The notes beneath the pieces are model-generated. The model was given only the letters and a program-made list of their open reading frames with translations, did no database searches and was not told where the DNA came from. From an uncultured bacterium (lineage in GTDB: Bacteria; Hydrothermota; Hydrothermia; WGAB01), in the NCBI GenBank assembly GCA_964406105.1, contig CAYOQK010000021.1, positions 38,665-102,664 of the forward strand: 64,000 nucleotides of DNA, given 5' to 3'. This document shows, piece after piece, positions 10,283-19,436 of this stretch. Made by a program: the position numbers and the translations under genes. Numbering within the stretch: the first letter of the stretch is position 1; each line of letters starts with the position of its first letter.

Positions 10283-11293
10283 TTAAGGCCGGCGGTGCAA
10301 ACGCCGGTAGATGCGTTTTTTTAGGGTTTTAAGGCGGCCCTGAAGGTCTTTCACAAGGTCTGTGCGCCAATCCTGTTTGAGCAGGTCTTCTACCACGCGG
10401 GCGTAATACGCGGCTGTAGCGTATTGCCCGCGGTTATAGCTGGCCTTGGCCATCCAGTACACCACGATGGCCAGGTTGTAGGGGTATTCTTTGTGGTCTG
10501 GCAGGCTGTAGTACAGGATCTCCTCGTACGTGCGGAGGGCGTCCCGATACTTGCCCGCCCGGTAATAGGCAAAGGCCAAGGTCCAGCGAAAGGTGCGGCT
10601 GTGGGGGAACTCTTGGACGAGTTCTTGGGCGATTTGGACCCCCTCGTAGGGCCGAGCATCGTAGGCCAGCACCCAGGCCAGGCCATCTTTGGCGGCGTAT
10701 CGGCTCAGCAGGCCTCGTTCAGCGGCCAGCCGGATCTCCCGGAGCCCCTGTTCGCGTTTGTCGCCGATCCCAGGAATCCACTTCACAAACTTGGGCAGTT
10801 CCGAAAGGGCATAGTGATAGGTGCCCAGGCCCAGGTAGGCGTCGTACAGGGTGGAATCCAGGGCCACGGCGTCTTGCAGGTGTTGCAGGGCTCGCCAAGC
10901 GTGCTTCAGGGCTGGCAAGTACTGGCGGTTTCGGCCGAATCGCATGGCCTTGTAGGCCGCGGCAGCGCCGGTATAAAAGTGGCCCCAGGCCCGCTGGCTT
11001 GGGTTGGAAGATCGGAGCCAGGGTTGGGCCTTTTCCTCGCAGAGATCGGCGTATCGGAAGAACTGGGCCGTGCTGTCGTTCACGGAATAGTCCAACATGA
11101 AGAGATCGTAGAGCCCGGTCATGAGCAGGTAGCCGAGGGGATCCTCAGGGGCCTGGTGGATCACCTCTTGGAACAGGCGGCGAGCCCCAGCGAAGTCCTC
11201 TTGGAACGCCCGAGCTTGCCCCTGGTGCACCAGGGGCAGCAGCTGGGGGTCAGGATAGGCCAGCAGGCCGAGAGCAAAAAGCCAGGCGATCAT
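10283..11293 (-). CDS. Exported tetratricopeptide-repeat protein
   Basis: Short signal peptide and helical TPR-like repeats (DAYLGLGTYHY, LAFAYYRAGKYRDALRTYEE). Confidence 0.8.
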   Translation of the reverse strand: MIAWLFALGLLAYPDPQLLPLVHQGQARAFQEDFAGARRLFQEVIHQAPEDPLGYLLMTGLYDLFMLDYSVNDSTAQFFRYADLCEEKAQPWLRSSNPSQRAWGHFYTGAAAAYKAMRFGRNRQYLPALKHAWRALQHLQDAVALDSTLYDAYLGLGTYHYALSELPKFVKWIPGIGDKREQGLREIRLAAERGLLSRYAAKDGLAWVLAYDARPYEGVQIAQELVQEFPHSRTFRWTLAFAYYRAGKYRDALRTYEEILYYSLPDHKEYPYNLAIVVYWMAKASYNRGQYATAAYYARVVEDLLKQDWRTDLVKDLQGRLKTLKKRIYRRLHRRP

Positions 11294-11886
11294 GGGCGTC
11301 GTAAGGTTAACAGGTAACTGCCTTCTGTGGCTTCAATGGGAGTGAATTCTACAGCCAAGCCCAAAGCACGAACCCTTTGGATCACCTGCTCCGGAGGGTC
11401 CAGGTACACCTCGCTGCGGGCCACGCGTCGGTAAAACCAACGGTGCCAACGGGTGAGCAGGGTTTCGGTGGTGAGGGTGATCAGGGCAGTGCCCCCGGGA
11501 GCCAGGAGATCCCGCAGGCGTTGGAAAGCCGGGTCAGGGGGCAGCAGTTGAAACACGTTCATGCTCACCACCAGGGGGAAGGCATTGGCCGGCAGTTGGT
11601 ATCCAAAGTCGGCCACGCGGAAGTGGACACCAGGAAGGTGTCGCCGCTGGGCCCGGCGGATGGCCCTGCGGGAGAGATCCACCGCCCAGATCTCCGTGTG
11701 GGGGTACTTCTCCCGCAGTTTCCGGGTGAGGAATCCGGTGGAACACCCGATTTCCAGGAGGCGATGAGGGGGATCGGCGGGCAAGTGATGAAGGACTGCC
11801 CGCAGGGTAACCTGCCGCCAGAACAGCAATGGGGGCCACAGGAACGCCCATTCGCGGAGCAGGGGGTGCTCGTAATAGGCCTTCAC
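11290..11886 (-). CDS. Class I SAM-dependent methyltransferase
   Basis: LLEIGCSTG motif I, AVDLS, LRDLLAPGG. GTG start overlaps the folC stop (GTGA). Confidence 0.85.
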   Translation of the reverse strand: MKAYYEHPLLREWAFLWPPLLFWRQVTLRAVLHHLPADPPHRLLEIGCSTGFLTRKLREKYPHTEIWAVDLSRRAIRRAQRRHLPGVHFRVADFGYQLPANAFPLVVSMNVFQLLPPDPAFQRLRDLLAPGGTALITLTTETLLTRWHRWFYRRVARSEVYLDPPEQVIQRVRALGLAVEFTPIEATEGSYLLTLRRP

Positions 11887-13145
11887 GGTTCCCAACGTTG
11901 GAGGATATCGCCCACCAGGTACGCCGAGCCTGTGACCAACACCAGACCACGGGGGCCAGCCAGGCGGCGGGCCAGGGCCACCGCCTTCCAGGGATCCTGA
12001 ACCACTTTCACTTGGATGCCCGGGGTTTCGTGGAGCAGGGCGGCCATGTCCCAGGGTGAGGCAGCCCTGGGATTGGAAAACTGGGTCAACACAAACATGC
12101 GGCTCCAGCGGCTGAGGATATCCAGCATGCTTTGGATGTCTTTATCGCGGGAAGCGGCAAACACGGGGACCATCTCCTCAAAGTCCAAAAGCTCCCGCAC
12201 CGCATCCAGTAGGGCTCGCAGCGAGAAGGGGTTGTGGGCACAATCCACCACGGTGTACGGCTCGGTGTCCAACAGTTGGCACCGGCCTGGAAACCGCAAC
12301 CCCTCAAAGGAGATGGGGGAGATCCCGAGTTTCTGCAACGTGAGGGCCGCCAGGGCTGCGTTGTCCACCTGGAACCGGCCGCATAGGGGAGTGAAGAGGG
12401 TGAGGGGCTCGGATCCCTGGTTCAGTTCAAACCGGCTGCCCTCCAGGCTGGTTTCCAGGATCCGTAGATGTTTCCGGTTCAGCACGTGCAGAGGTACCCC
12501 TGCTGCATGGGCGTGCTGTTTGAGCACCCGGAGGGCCTCGGGTTCTTGGGGGGCCGAGGTGGCCACCGGCGACCCGTGAAGGATACCAGCCTTTTCGCGG
12601 GCAATAGACTCCAGAGTGGTCCCCAGGATGTGGGTGTGGTCAAAGCTGATGGGGGTGAACACCGTGGCCACGGGGTCCACGGTGTTGGTGGCATCCAAGC
12701 GGCCTCCTAAGCCCACTTCCAAAACGGCGTAGTCCACCCGTTGGTCTTGGAAGTACAAGAAGGCCAGGGCCGTGAGGGTCTCAAAAAAGGTACGGAACCC
12801 GCCGGACCGTTGTTGCAGGTAGGGCAACAGGAGCTCCATAAGTTGGCCGAAGGCCTCCTTTGGGATCCACTGACCGTTCACCTGGATCCGCTCCCGGAGG
12901 TCCACCAAGTGAGGCGACAGGTACAGGCCGGTGCGGTACCCGGCGTTTTGCAGGGCTTGGGCCAGATGCACGGCGGTGGATCCCTTGCCCTTGGTGCCGG
13001 CCACGAGGAGAGAACGGAAGGACTGTTGGGGATTCCCGAGTTTGACGAGCCACTGGCGGAAGGGGTCCAGATCCCGAACGAAGCCCGGCTGTCGTTCGTA
13101 ATTCACCCGTTGATAAAGGAGTTGAACCGCCTCTTCGTACTTCAC
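11883..13145 (-). CDS. folC: Folylpolyglutamate synthase/dihydrofolate synthase
   Basis: VAGTKGKGST, SPHLVDLRERI, EVGLGGRLDATN, DHTHILG, IAREKAGI, DCAHNP. Confidence 0.96.
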   Translation of the reverse strand: MKYEEAVQLLYQRVNYERQPGFVRDLDPFRQWLVKLGNPQQSFRSLLVAGTKGKGSTAVHLAQALQNAGYRTGLYLSPHLVDLRERIQVNGQWIPKEAFGQLMELLLPYLQQRSGGFRTFFETLTALAFLYFQDQRVDYAVLEVGLGGRLDATNTVDPVATVFTPISFDHTHILGTTLESIAREKAGILHGSPVATSAPQEPEALRVLKQHAHAAGVPLHVLNRKHLRILETSLEGSRFELNQGSEPLTLFTPLCGRFQVDNAALAALTLQKLGISPISFEGLRFPGRCQLLDTEPYTVVDCAHNPFSLRALLDAVRELLDFEEMVPVFAASRDKDIQSMLDILSRWSRMFVLTQFSNPRAASPWDMAALLHETPGIQVKVVQDPWKAVALARRLAGPRGLVLVTGSAYLVGDILQRWEP

Positions 13146-13162
13146 AGTGTCCTAATGATCCA

Positions 13163-13322
13163 GGAGAGAGTTGCCTGAGGCTACCCCTCCGTCCAGAACC
13201 GAACCCCCTCCCCTGAGATCCGGTGAAGAATCTGTTTGGTGCAAACGAGCACGACACAAACGAGTGTTGAGGGTCCGAACCAAAGAAGGTTACGCTGCTG
13301 TGGAGACCCGAGGTTCTCTCCC
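13163..13322. ncRNA. Candidate structured RNA, 6S/SsrS-like rod with branched apex (strand unresolved)
   Basis: Ends GGAGAGA/TCTCTCC pair, with inner helices CTCC/GGAG and CCCTC/GAGGG around an asymmetric bubble. The apex has hairpins GTGC-AAACGA-GCAC and ACAC-AAACGA-GTGT. It fills a 203-bp intergenic gap. Confidence 0.5.
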
Positions 13323-13348
13323 GTAGTGTGTAAATCCGGCACGGAAGT

Positions 13349-15115
13349 TTAAAGCCAGCCCTTCCGTTGACGGAGGAACCACTCTAAGAGGAGTGTGCAG
13401 AGGAGGGCAAGGAAAAGCCAAGGGGAACGCGCAAAACGCAGGTGCAGGGTTTCTCTTTGAATGTATGGATGCACAGGGGGTAGGCCGGTGTCAGGCCATA
13501 CGGCCCCGCCGGTGCGCCGGGCAAGGTACAGGAGCAGGAGGCTGTCGGTACCCTGGGTGAGGCGTTCCAAGGGCAGGGGTTGGGTCCGATACCGCAAGGT
13601 GGCCATTCCCAAGGTGTCATCTCCCACACCGTACATCACCTGAAGCCGGTGGTCGCCCACGCTGTCGGCTGCCAGCAAACGGGCTTGGTAGCGCCCGGGC
13701 TCCAGTTCCAACAGTTGGGGACCCCGAACCACCTGGACCCAAGCCTTTGGAAGTCGGCGGCCCCGGAAATCTGTGAGCAGGGCCTCCACCGTAAGCGGGG
13801 CCCGGGGGGCAGCCACAGGGGGCGAAACCGAGGCCCGGAACAGCACCCGATGGGCAAGGAGCCGCGAAAGCCACGCATCCCAAAGGGAATCCCATACGGC
13901 GGGTTGGGCCAACGCCCATCGCCATCCTTGGCCCGAAAGGAGCCAAAGCCGAAGGGGACCGGTGGTGTCCCACACCACCCAAGGGGTGCGCTGCCCCTTG
14001 GGTCCCTGGAGGATTAGGTCTCCCTGGCCCACGAGTCCTGGAGGGGGAAGCCTGAGGTATTCCAAGGGTGGCAGGTTTGGGTGAGAAGGCCAAAGCCAGG
14101 GACCTGGAAGGGTATGCCAACCCTCCGGTGCCTCTGGCCCTGCGATCACCACGTGCCCGAAGGAGTCCGCAGGGGCCTGGGAGGGCGCCACATCCACCAC
14201 CAGAGGGTACTCTTTGGGGTTGGGTGGTGTGCTTTGAGCAGAGGGCGATGCACCGAGGCGTCGCCAGCCCGAGGGACCATGGAACCACACCTCCACCTGC
14301 CCATAGGTCTCCAAGGTTCGTCGGAGTGCCCGCACCACCGGAAGCGGGCGGTACACACGGATCAACGCCCGGAAGGGCACAGGTTCTACCTGGATCTTGA
14401 CGTGCCGCGAGGTCCGCTGAGGGAGCCAAATAGCCTTGACGCTATGACTCCCTGGAGGTAAACCCGGCAGGGAAAGGGAGGCCTGCCACGACGTCCCTGC
14501 AGCGAGGCCATAGGTGGCCACCAGGGAATCGTTGAGAAACACCGCCAACGTGCCTGCCGGAGGCCGAGGCCAGAAGAGGGTAAGCGTGAAGGGCGTGTGC
14601 TCCAGCCAGCGATGGGGCATGCGGAACTCTAGCCTCTCCAGCGGAGACCCCCGGAAGGGCACCCGAGGCCACCATACCGACACCGGGTACGCATAGGGTA
14701 GGTCCAGGGGAGAGGGGCCGGCGTTGTGTAGGCCATCCGACAGGAGGATTACAGGGGCCTGCAGGTGTCGCAGGGGTACCGAGAGATCGGTAAAGTTCCC
14801 CTGGGGAGAGTCCACCGAGGCCACTTGTTGGCTATCCACCAGGTATTGCACCGGCAGGGCGTAGGGGGCCAGCCGTTGGAGCAGGTGTTGCACCTGGGCC
14901 CATTTTCCGTCTTGAGCCATGCTTTGGGAGGCATCCACTACCACCACGGGCTGCAGAGCCCGTTGACGGTGCCAGGTGAAGGTGGGGTCCAGCAGCATGA
15001 GCAGGAGCAAGAGCAGGCTAAGGCCCCGTAGGCCCAGGAGGCCTGGTTGCCGTCGGCCGTAAAGCCACAGGGCTGCGCCCAAGGCCAGAAGGAACACCAA
15101 CAAGTGGATCAGCAT
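13349..15115 (-). CDS. Membrane-anchored vWA-domain protein
   Basis: Two N-terminal TMs, MIDAS-like VVVVDASQSM and VILLSDG, C-terminal PWLFLALL..EWFLRQRKGWL anchor. Confidence 0.75.
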   Translation of the reverse strand: MLIHLLVFLLALGAALWLYGRRQPGLLGLRGLSLLLLLLMLLDPTFTWHRQRALQPVVVVDASQSMAQDGKWAQVQHLLQRLAPYALPVQYLVDSQQVASVDSPQGNFTDLSVPLRHLQAPVILLSDGLHNAGPSPLDLPYAYPVSVWWPRVPFRGSPLERLEFRMPHRWLEHTPFTLTLFWPRPPAGTLAVFLNDSLVATYGLAAGTSWQASLSLPGLPPGSHSVKAIWLPQRTSRHVKIQVEPVPFRALIRVYRPLPVVRALRRTLETYGQVEVWFHGPSGWRRLGASPSAQSTPPNPKEYPLVVDVAPSQAPADSFGHVVIAGPEAPEGWHTLPGPWLWPSHPNLPPLEYLRLPPPGLVGQGDLILQGPKGQRTPWVVWDTTGPLRLWLLSGQGWRWALAQPAVWDSLWDAWLSRLLAHRVLFRASVSPPVAAPRAPLTVEALLTDFRGRRLPKAWVQVVRGPQLLELEPGRYQARLLAADSVGDHRLQVMYGVGDDTLGMATLRYRTQPLPLERLTQGTDSLLLLYLARRTGGAVWPDTGLPPVHPYIQRETLHLRFARSPWLFLALLCTLLLEWFLRQRKGWL

Positions 15116-15292
15116 GGGCAGGGATTAGGATATGGCTTCTGAGCCCTGAAGTGCTCTTTGACTGGCCGGAGGAGCCTCACGGGTGAGATGCCGGAAAGGA
15201 CTGCAGGGGTTTCATCGACTGGTGGTGTGCTGTTTCCGAACACCCTACCGAAGAACTTGGGGCGTGGGGGCTTAAACCGTGGGGAAACCCAT

Positions 15293-16222
15293 CTACTCTG
15301 AAGATGGGGGGGATGAGCGGTGCTGGTTTTGGAGGCGTTGGATTTCGTTGTACAGGCCTGCGATGAGCTCGCCCAGGAACCCTGCCACAAACAGGATGAT
15401 TCCGGCCAATACCAGCAGCACCACGAGGTACAGGATCGGCCGGTAGCCCATATGCCGAGCAAAGCGGAGGTACAGGGCCACCACGCCGGCCACGAATCCC
15501 AGCAAAAAAGACAGAAGTCCCAGGGATCCGAAGAAGAGCATGGGTTTCCGCATGAAGGTCAATTGGAACTTCACCGCCAGCAGGTCCAGAAAGCCGATCA
15601 CCACCCGTTTGGGTCCCTTGAATTTGGACTCACCGTGGCGGCGGGGAAGCAGGGGCACCTTCACTTCGGCGATCCGATACCCCCGATCGTGGGCCAGGGG
15701 TACGATGTACCGGTGCCAATCCCGTCGCAAGGGCAGATCAAAGAACATCTCTCTCCGCATGGCCTTGATGGAGTTCAGGTCGTGCACGGGCACGCGGAAC
15801 AGGAGTCGGGAGAGCCAGTTGTACACGCTGGACACGAACTTTTTTTCGTACTTACCCTGTTTCCACCCGGTTACCAGGTCGTAGCCGCCTTCTTCCATTT
15901 TCTGGATCAGGCGGTACGCATGTTCGGGCAGGTGTTGCAGGTCGGCGGGGAAGAACACGAACACCTCGCCGGTGGCGTGGCGGGCGGCGGTGATCAGGGC
16001 ATCGGTCACCCCCAGATTCCGACGGTGCCGCACCACCTTGAGGAAGGGGTATCTTTGGGCCAGTTCCTGGGCCACCTCATACGTCCGGTCGGTGGATCCA
16101 TCATCCACCAGCACCACCTCCCAATCCAGGCCCGTTTCCTGCAGGAAACGGTGGATCTCCTGCAGGAGTTCGGGTAGGTTTTCCTCTTCGTTATAGGCCG
16201 GGATCAGGAGCGACACCCGCAT
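15293..16222 (-). CDS. GT2 polyprenyl-phosphate glycosyltransferase (ArnC/GtrB/DPM1-like)
   Basis: LIPAYNEEENL, VDDGSTD, ADLQH, RRHGESKF, two C-terminal TMs. Confidence 0.9.
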   Translation of the reverse strand: MRVSLLIPAYNEEENLPELLQEIHRFLQETGLDWEVVLVDDGSTDRTYEVAQELAQRYPFLKVVRHRRNLGVTDALITAARHATGEVFVFFPADLQHLPEHAYRLIQKMEEGGYDLVTGWKQGKYEKKFVSSVYNWLSRLLFRVPVHDLNSIKAMRREMFFDLPLRRDWHRYIVPLAHDRGYRIAEVKVPLLPRRHGESKFKGPKRVVIGFLDLLAVKFQLTFMRKPMLFFGSLGLLSFLLGFVAGVVALYLRFARHMGYRPILYLVVLLVLAGIILFVAGFLGELIAGLYNEIQRLQNQHRSSPPSSE

Positions 16223-16224
16223 GG

Positions 16225-17403
16225 CTATCCTGTGTAAAAGGCCCGGATCACCTGTACCACATACTCCTGTTGTTCCTGGGTGAGTTCGGGGTAAATGGGC
16301 AGCGACAGCACCTCTTGGGCTGCCTGTTCGCTCATCGGAAGGTCACCGGGTTGATAGCCCAAATGCCGAAAGCAGTTTTGAAGGTGGAGAGGTACGGGGT
16401 AGTAAACAGCCACGCCGACTCCGTGGGCCTTTAAGTGGTCCACTAAGGCATCCCGCCGTTGGACCCTTATGGTGTACTGATGGTACACGTGTCGGGTGGC
16501 ATAGGGAGCCACCTGGGGCAGTTGCACCCATCCCTTATCCACCAGGCCAGCTTCGTGGAAGAGTTGGTGATACCGGGCCGCGCGTTCCGCCCGTTGTTGG
16601 TTCCAGGTGTCCAAGTGGGGCAGTTTCACGAGGAGCACCGCGGCTTGGATCTCGTCCAGTCGGCTGTTTAGGCCCACGAGATCGTGGTGGTACTTGCGGC
16701 GGGAACCGTGGACCCGGAGCATCCGGATGCGTTCCCCGAGTTCGGGGTTCTGGGTGGTCACCAGTCCACCATCGCCGTAGCCTCCCAGATTTTTGCTGGG
16801 GAAGAAGCTAAAGGCTCCGAAGTCGCCGAAACTGCCCACCCGAACTCCCCGGTACTCAGCGCCGATGGCCTGGGCTGCGTCTTCCACCAGGGCCAAGTGG
16901 TACTCCCGAGCGAGTTCCAGAAGGGGCTCCAGGTCCGCCGTTTGGCCGTAGAGGTGGACGGGCAGCAGGGCCTTCACGGTCCATTCCTGGCCCAGCCGTC
17001 GGTGCACGAGCCGCCCGTTGCGGCGGACCGTTTGGGTTTCTAAGAACCTGCGGACCCTTTGGGGATCCAGGTTGTAGGTTTGGGGGTCAATGTCCACGAA
17101 GATGGGCAGAGCACCCAGCCGGGCAATAGATCCCGCGGTGGCAAAGAAGGTGAAGGGAGTGGTGATCACGGCGTCGCCGTGGCCTACGCCCAGGGCCATG
17201 AGGGAGATCAGCAGGGCATCGGACCCCGAGGCCACACCGATGGCGTCGGCCACGTTCAGATAGGCTTTGAGTTGCTCCTCCAGGGCCCGCACTTTGGGCC
17301 CCAGGATGAAGCGTTGGCTGTCCAACACCTCTTCCAGCGCTTGGAGGATCTCGGAACGCAGAGAGCGGTACTGGGCTTTGAGATCCAACAGGGGCACGGT
17401 CAT
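16225..17403 (-). CDS. DegT/DnrJ/EryC1/StrS sugar aminotransferase (WbpE/GnnB-like)
   Basis: VPLLDL, FTFFATA, PVHLYGQ, EDAAQAIGA, SFFPSKNLGGYGDGG (PLP Lys), NSRLDEIQAA. ATG overlaps the upstream stop. Confidence 0.93.
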   Translation of the reverse strand: MTVPLLDLKAQYRSLRSEILQALEEVLDSQRFILGPKVRALEEQLKAYLNVADAIGVASGSDALLISLMALGVGHGDAVITTPFTFFATAGSIARLGALPIFVDIDPQTYNLDPQRVRRFLETQTVRRNGRLVHRRLGQEWTVKALLPVHLYGQTADLEPLLELAREYHLALVEDAAQAIGAEYRGVRVGSFGDFGAFSFFPSKNLGGYGDGGLVTTQNPELGERIRMLRVHGSRRKYHHDLVGLNSRLDEIQAAVLLVKLPHLDTWNQQRAERAARYHQLFHEAGLVDKGWVQLPQVAPYATRHVYHQYTIRVQRRDALVDHLKAHGVGVAVYYPVPLHLQNCFRHLGYQPGDLPMSEQAAQEVLSLPIYPELTQEQQEYVVQVIRAFYTG

Positions 17404-18407
17404 CCGAGGCTGATCCATTTCCCGCCTCCTTTCATGGACCGCTCGGCAGCATCCAGGATCCGCAGGACTTGCAGGGCTTCCTGACCGTCCGAGCGGGGGC
17501 GTTGCTGATGCAACACCGCTTGGACGAAGTGTTCCAGTTCTTCTTTTAAGGGCTCGCGCATCTCAATCTTGGGGGAGTAAATGTCGCCGTAGCGCACGGC
17601 GATGGTGCCGGGGGGCAAGGCCTCGGGCACTTGCAAGGCCCGCGGGTCCACCCCCTTGTCGTAGATCTTGAGTTTTTCTTCGGGTTGCATGTCGTCAAAC
17701 ACCGCCATCTTCCGGCTGCCCACCACGGTAAGGCTGCGGATCTTATGGGGATCCAGCCAGGACACGTGAATATGGGCCAGGGCACCTTCGTACTCCACCA
17801 CGAGGAACGCCACATCCTCCAGGTGCTGTTGGATGAAGGACTTGCCGGTGGCGCTCACCCGCAAGGGGCGTTGTCCCAGTAGGAAATTGGCCACGGAGAG
17901 GTCGTGGGGGGCCAGGCTCCACATCACGTTCTCATCCCGACGGATCCGGCCCAAGTTCAGCCGTTGAGAGTACAGGTAGTACACTTGGCCCAATTCGCCC
18001 TGATCCACGATTTCTTTGAGTTTTAGCACACCGGGATGGAAGAGCAGCAGGTGCCCCACCATGAGCACCAGGCCTCTTTGCTCGGCCAGGTTTACGAGCT
18101 CTTCGCCATGCCGAACACTCAAGGCCAGCGGTTTTTCCACGAACACCGGGAGGCCGAACTCCAGGGCCTGGCGGGCCAGGCTATAGTGGGATTTGGCGGA
18201 ACTGGCGATCACCACCGCCTCGCTGCGTCGGAGGAGGTCTTGGGCATCGTCGGTGACGTAGAGCCGGGGGTAATCGTGTTGAACACGGCTGCGCACCGCG
18301 GGATCCAGGTCACATACCCCCACGAGTTCCACGGATTTGAGGGAGGAAAGCACCCGCAGGTGGTTCCTTCCCCAATTGCCGGACCCAATGAGACCGATCT
18401 TCAGCAC
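17400..18407 (-). CDS. Gfo/Idh/MocA NAD-dependent oxidoreductase (WbpB/GnnA-like)
   Basis: IGLIGSGNWGRNH, VFVEKPLA, LMVGH, APHD. Confidence 0.9.
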   Translation of the reverse strand: MLKIGLIGSGNWGRNHLRVLSSLKSVELVGVCDLDPAVRSRVQHDYPRLYVTDDAQDLLRRSEAVVIASSAKSHYSLARQALEFGLPVFVEKPLALSVRHGEELVNLAEQRGLVLMVGHLLLFHPGVLKLKEIVDQGELGQVYYLYSQRLNLGRIRRDENVMWSLAPHDLSVANFLLGQRPLRVSATGKSFIQQHLEDVAFLVVEYEGALAHIHVSWLDPHKIRSLTVVGSRKMAVFDDMQPEEKLKIYDKGVDPRALQVPEALPPGTIAVRYGDIYSPKIEMREPLKEELEHFVQAVLHQQRPRSDGQEALQVLRILDAAERSMKGGGKWISLG

Positions 18408-18442
18408 AGCGTTTAAGTATACGCTGCCGCAGGGAAAGGGGG

Positions 18443-19306
18443 TCAGCCTTGGGCCAATTCGCGTTCCAGAAAGGTCAAAAAGGCCTGAAGCAGCCGCTGG
18501 GTGGCTGGGCCGGGCTTTCCTGAGCCAATGGTTTGACGGTCCACCCGGACCACGGGCAGCACGTGTTTGGTGGTGCTGGCCAGAAAGGCCTCTTCTACGG
18601 CCTTCAGATCCCGCACGAACAAGGGTTGCTCTACAACACGCAGGCCGGCCTCTGGGGCCACCTGATACAGGAGGCTCCGGGTGATGCTGGGCAGGATCCG
18701 GGGCCCCAAGGGAGGCAGGAGGACGGTGTTCTCTTGGATCACGCCAAAGGCTGCAGCCGTAGATTCGGTGATCTCGCCGGTTTCCAAAACGAACAGTGCA
18801 TCAAAAAAGCCGTGCTCTACAGCCTCCATGCGGGCCAGCACGTTGGGTAACAGCAGGATGGTTTTGATGTCGCAACGGAGCCAACGGATCTCCGGGTAAG
18901 TCATCAGGGAAACCCCCTGCTCGTACAGGGAAGAGGGCAGGGGAACGAACTCCCGAAAGGTCATGACCACGGTGGGCTGGAGGCCTGAAGGAGGCAGGTG
19001 CTCGCGGGGAGCGGCCCCCCGGGTTACCTGGATATACACCTGTTGGCTTTCATAGCCGGCGCGTTGGATTCCTTCGTGGACCAGGTGCTCAAACTCCTCC
19101 AGGGAATAGGGCAGGGGGATCTTGACCTCCGAGGCGCTCCGTTGGAGCCTCAGCAGGTGGTCCCGCAGTCGGAAGGGGCGTTGCTTCAGGACCAGGATCA
19201 CCTCGTACACACCATCGGCAAACTGGAACCCCCGATCCTCCACGGAGACCTGGGCCTCGTGGATGGGCATGAAGGAGCCGTTCACAAAGGCGATGGCCTG
19301 AGGCAT
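18443..19306 (-). CDS. dat: D-amino-acid aminotransferase (PLP fold type IV)
   Basis: EDRGFQFADGVYEV, YIQVTRG, RCDIKTILLLPNVLA, ILPSITR, EAFLASTT. Confidence 0.85.
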   Translation of the reverse strand: MPQAIAFVNGSFMPIHEAQVSVEDRGFQFADGVYEVILVLKQRPFRLRDHLLRLQRSASEVKIPLPYSLEEFEHLVHEGIQRAGYESQQVYIQVTRGAAPREHLPPSGLQPTVVMTFREFVPLPSSLYEQGVSLMTYPEIRWLRCDIKTILLLPNVLARMEAVEHGFFDALFVLETGEITESTAAAFGVIQENTVLLPPLGPRILPSITRSLLYQVAPEAGLRVVEQPLFVRDLKAVEEAFLASTTKHVLPVVRVDRQTIGSGKPGPATQRLLQAFLTFLERELAQG

Positions 19307-19316
19307 AAAAGAAAGG

Positions 19317-19388
19317 CTGGGGCGCCAGGATTCGAACCTGGATTCCGGGATCCAAAGTCCCGTGTCCTGCCCATTGGACGACGCCCCA
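19317..19388 (-). tRNA. tRNA-Gln (anticodon TTG), CCA not encoded
   Basis: TGGGGCG/CGCCCCA acceptor stem, anticodon arm CGGGA-CTTTGGA-TCCCG, T-arm GGTTCGAATCC. Confidence 0.97.
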
Positions 19389-19436
19389 GTGTGCCAAAAG
19401 ATTATAAAGCGATGGGAAATCCCTTGGAGGCCGGGG

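Noticed and set aside
13239-13268. CAAACGAG repeats as a CRISPR remnant
   Set aside because: Only two 8-nt copies 15 nt apart, with no spacer-length units and no cas genes.
15116-15292. SRP RNA or riboswitch in the gap (CCGGAAAGG, GTGTTCGGAAACAGCAC)
   Set aside because: The SRP domain IV CAGG/AGCA loops and known riboswitch cores are missing; only short chance-level hairpins are present.
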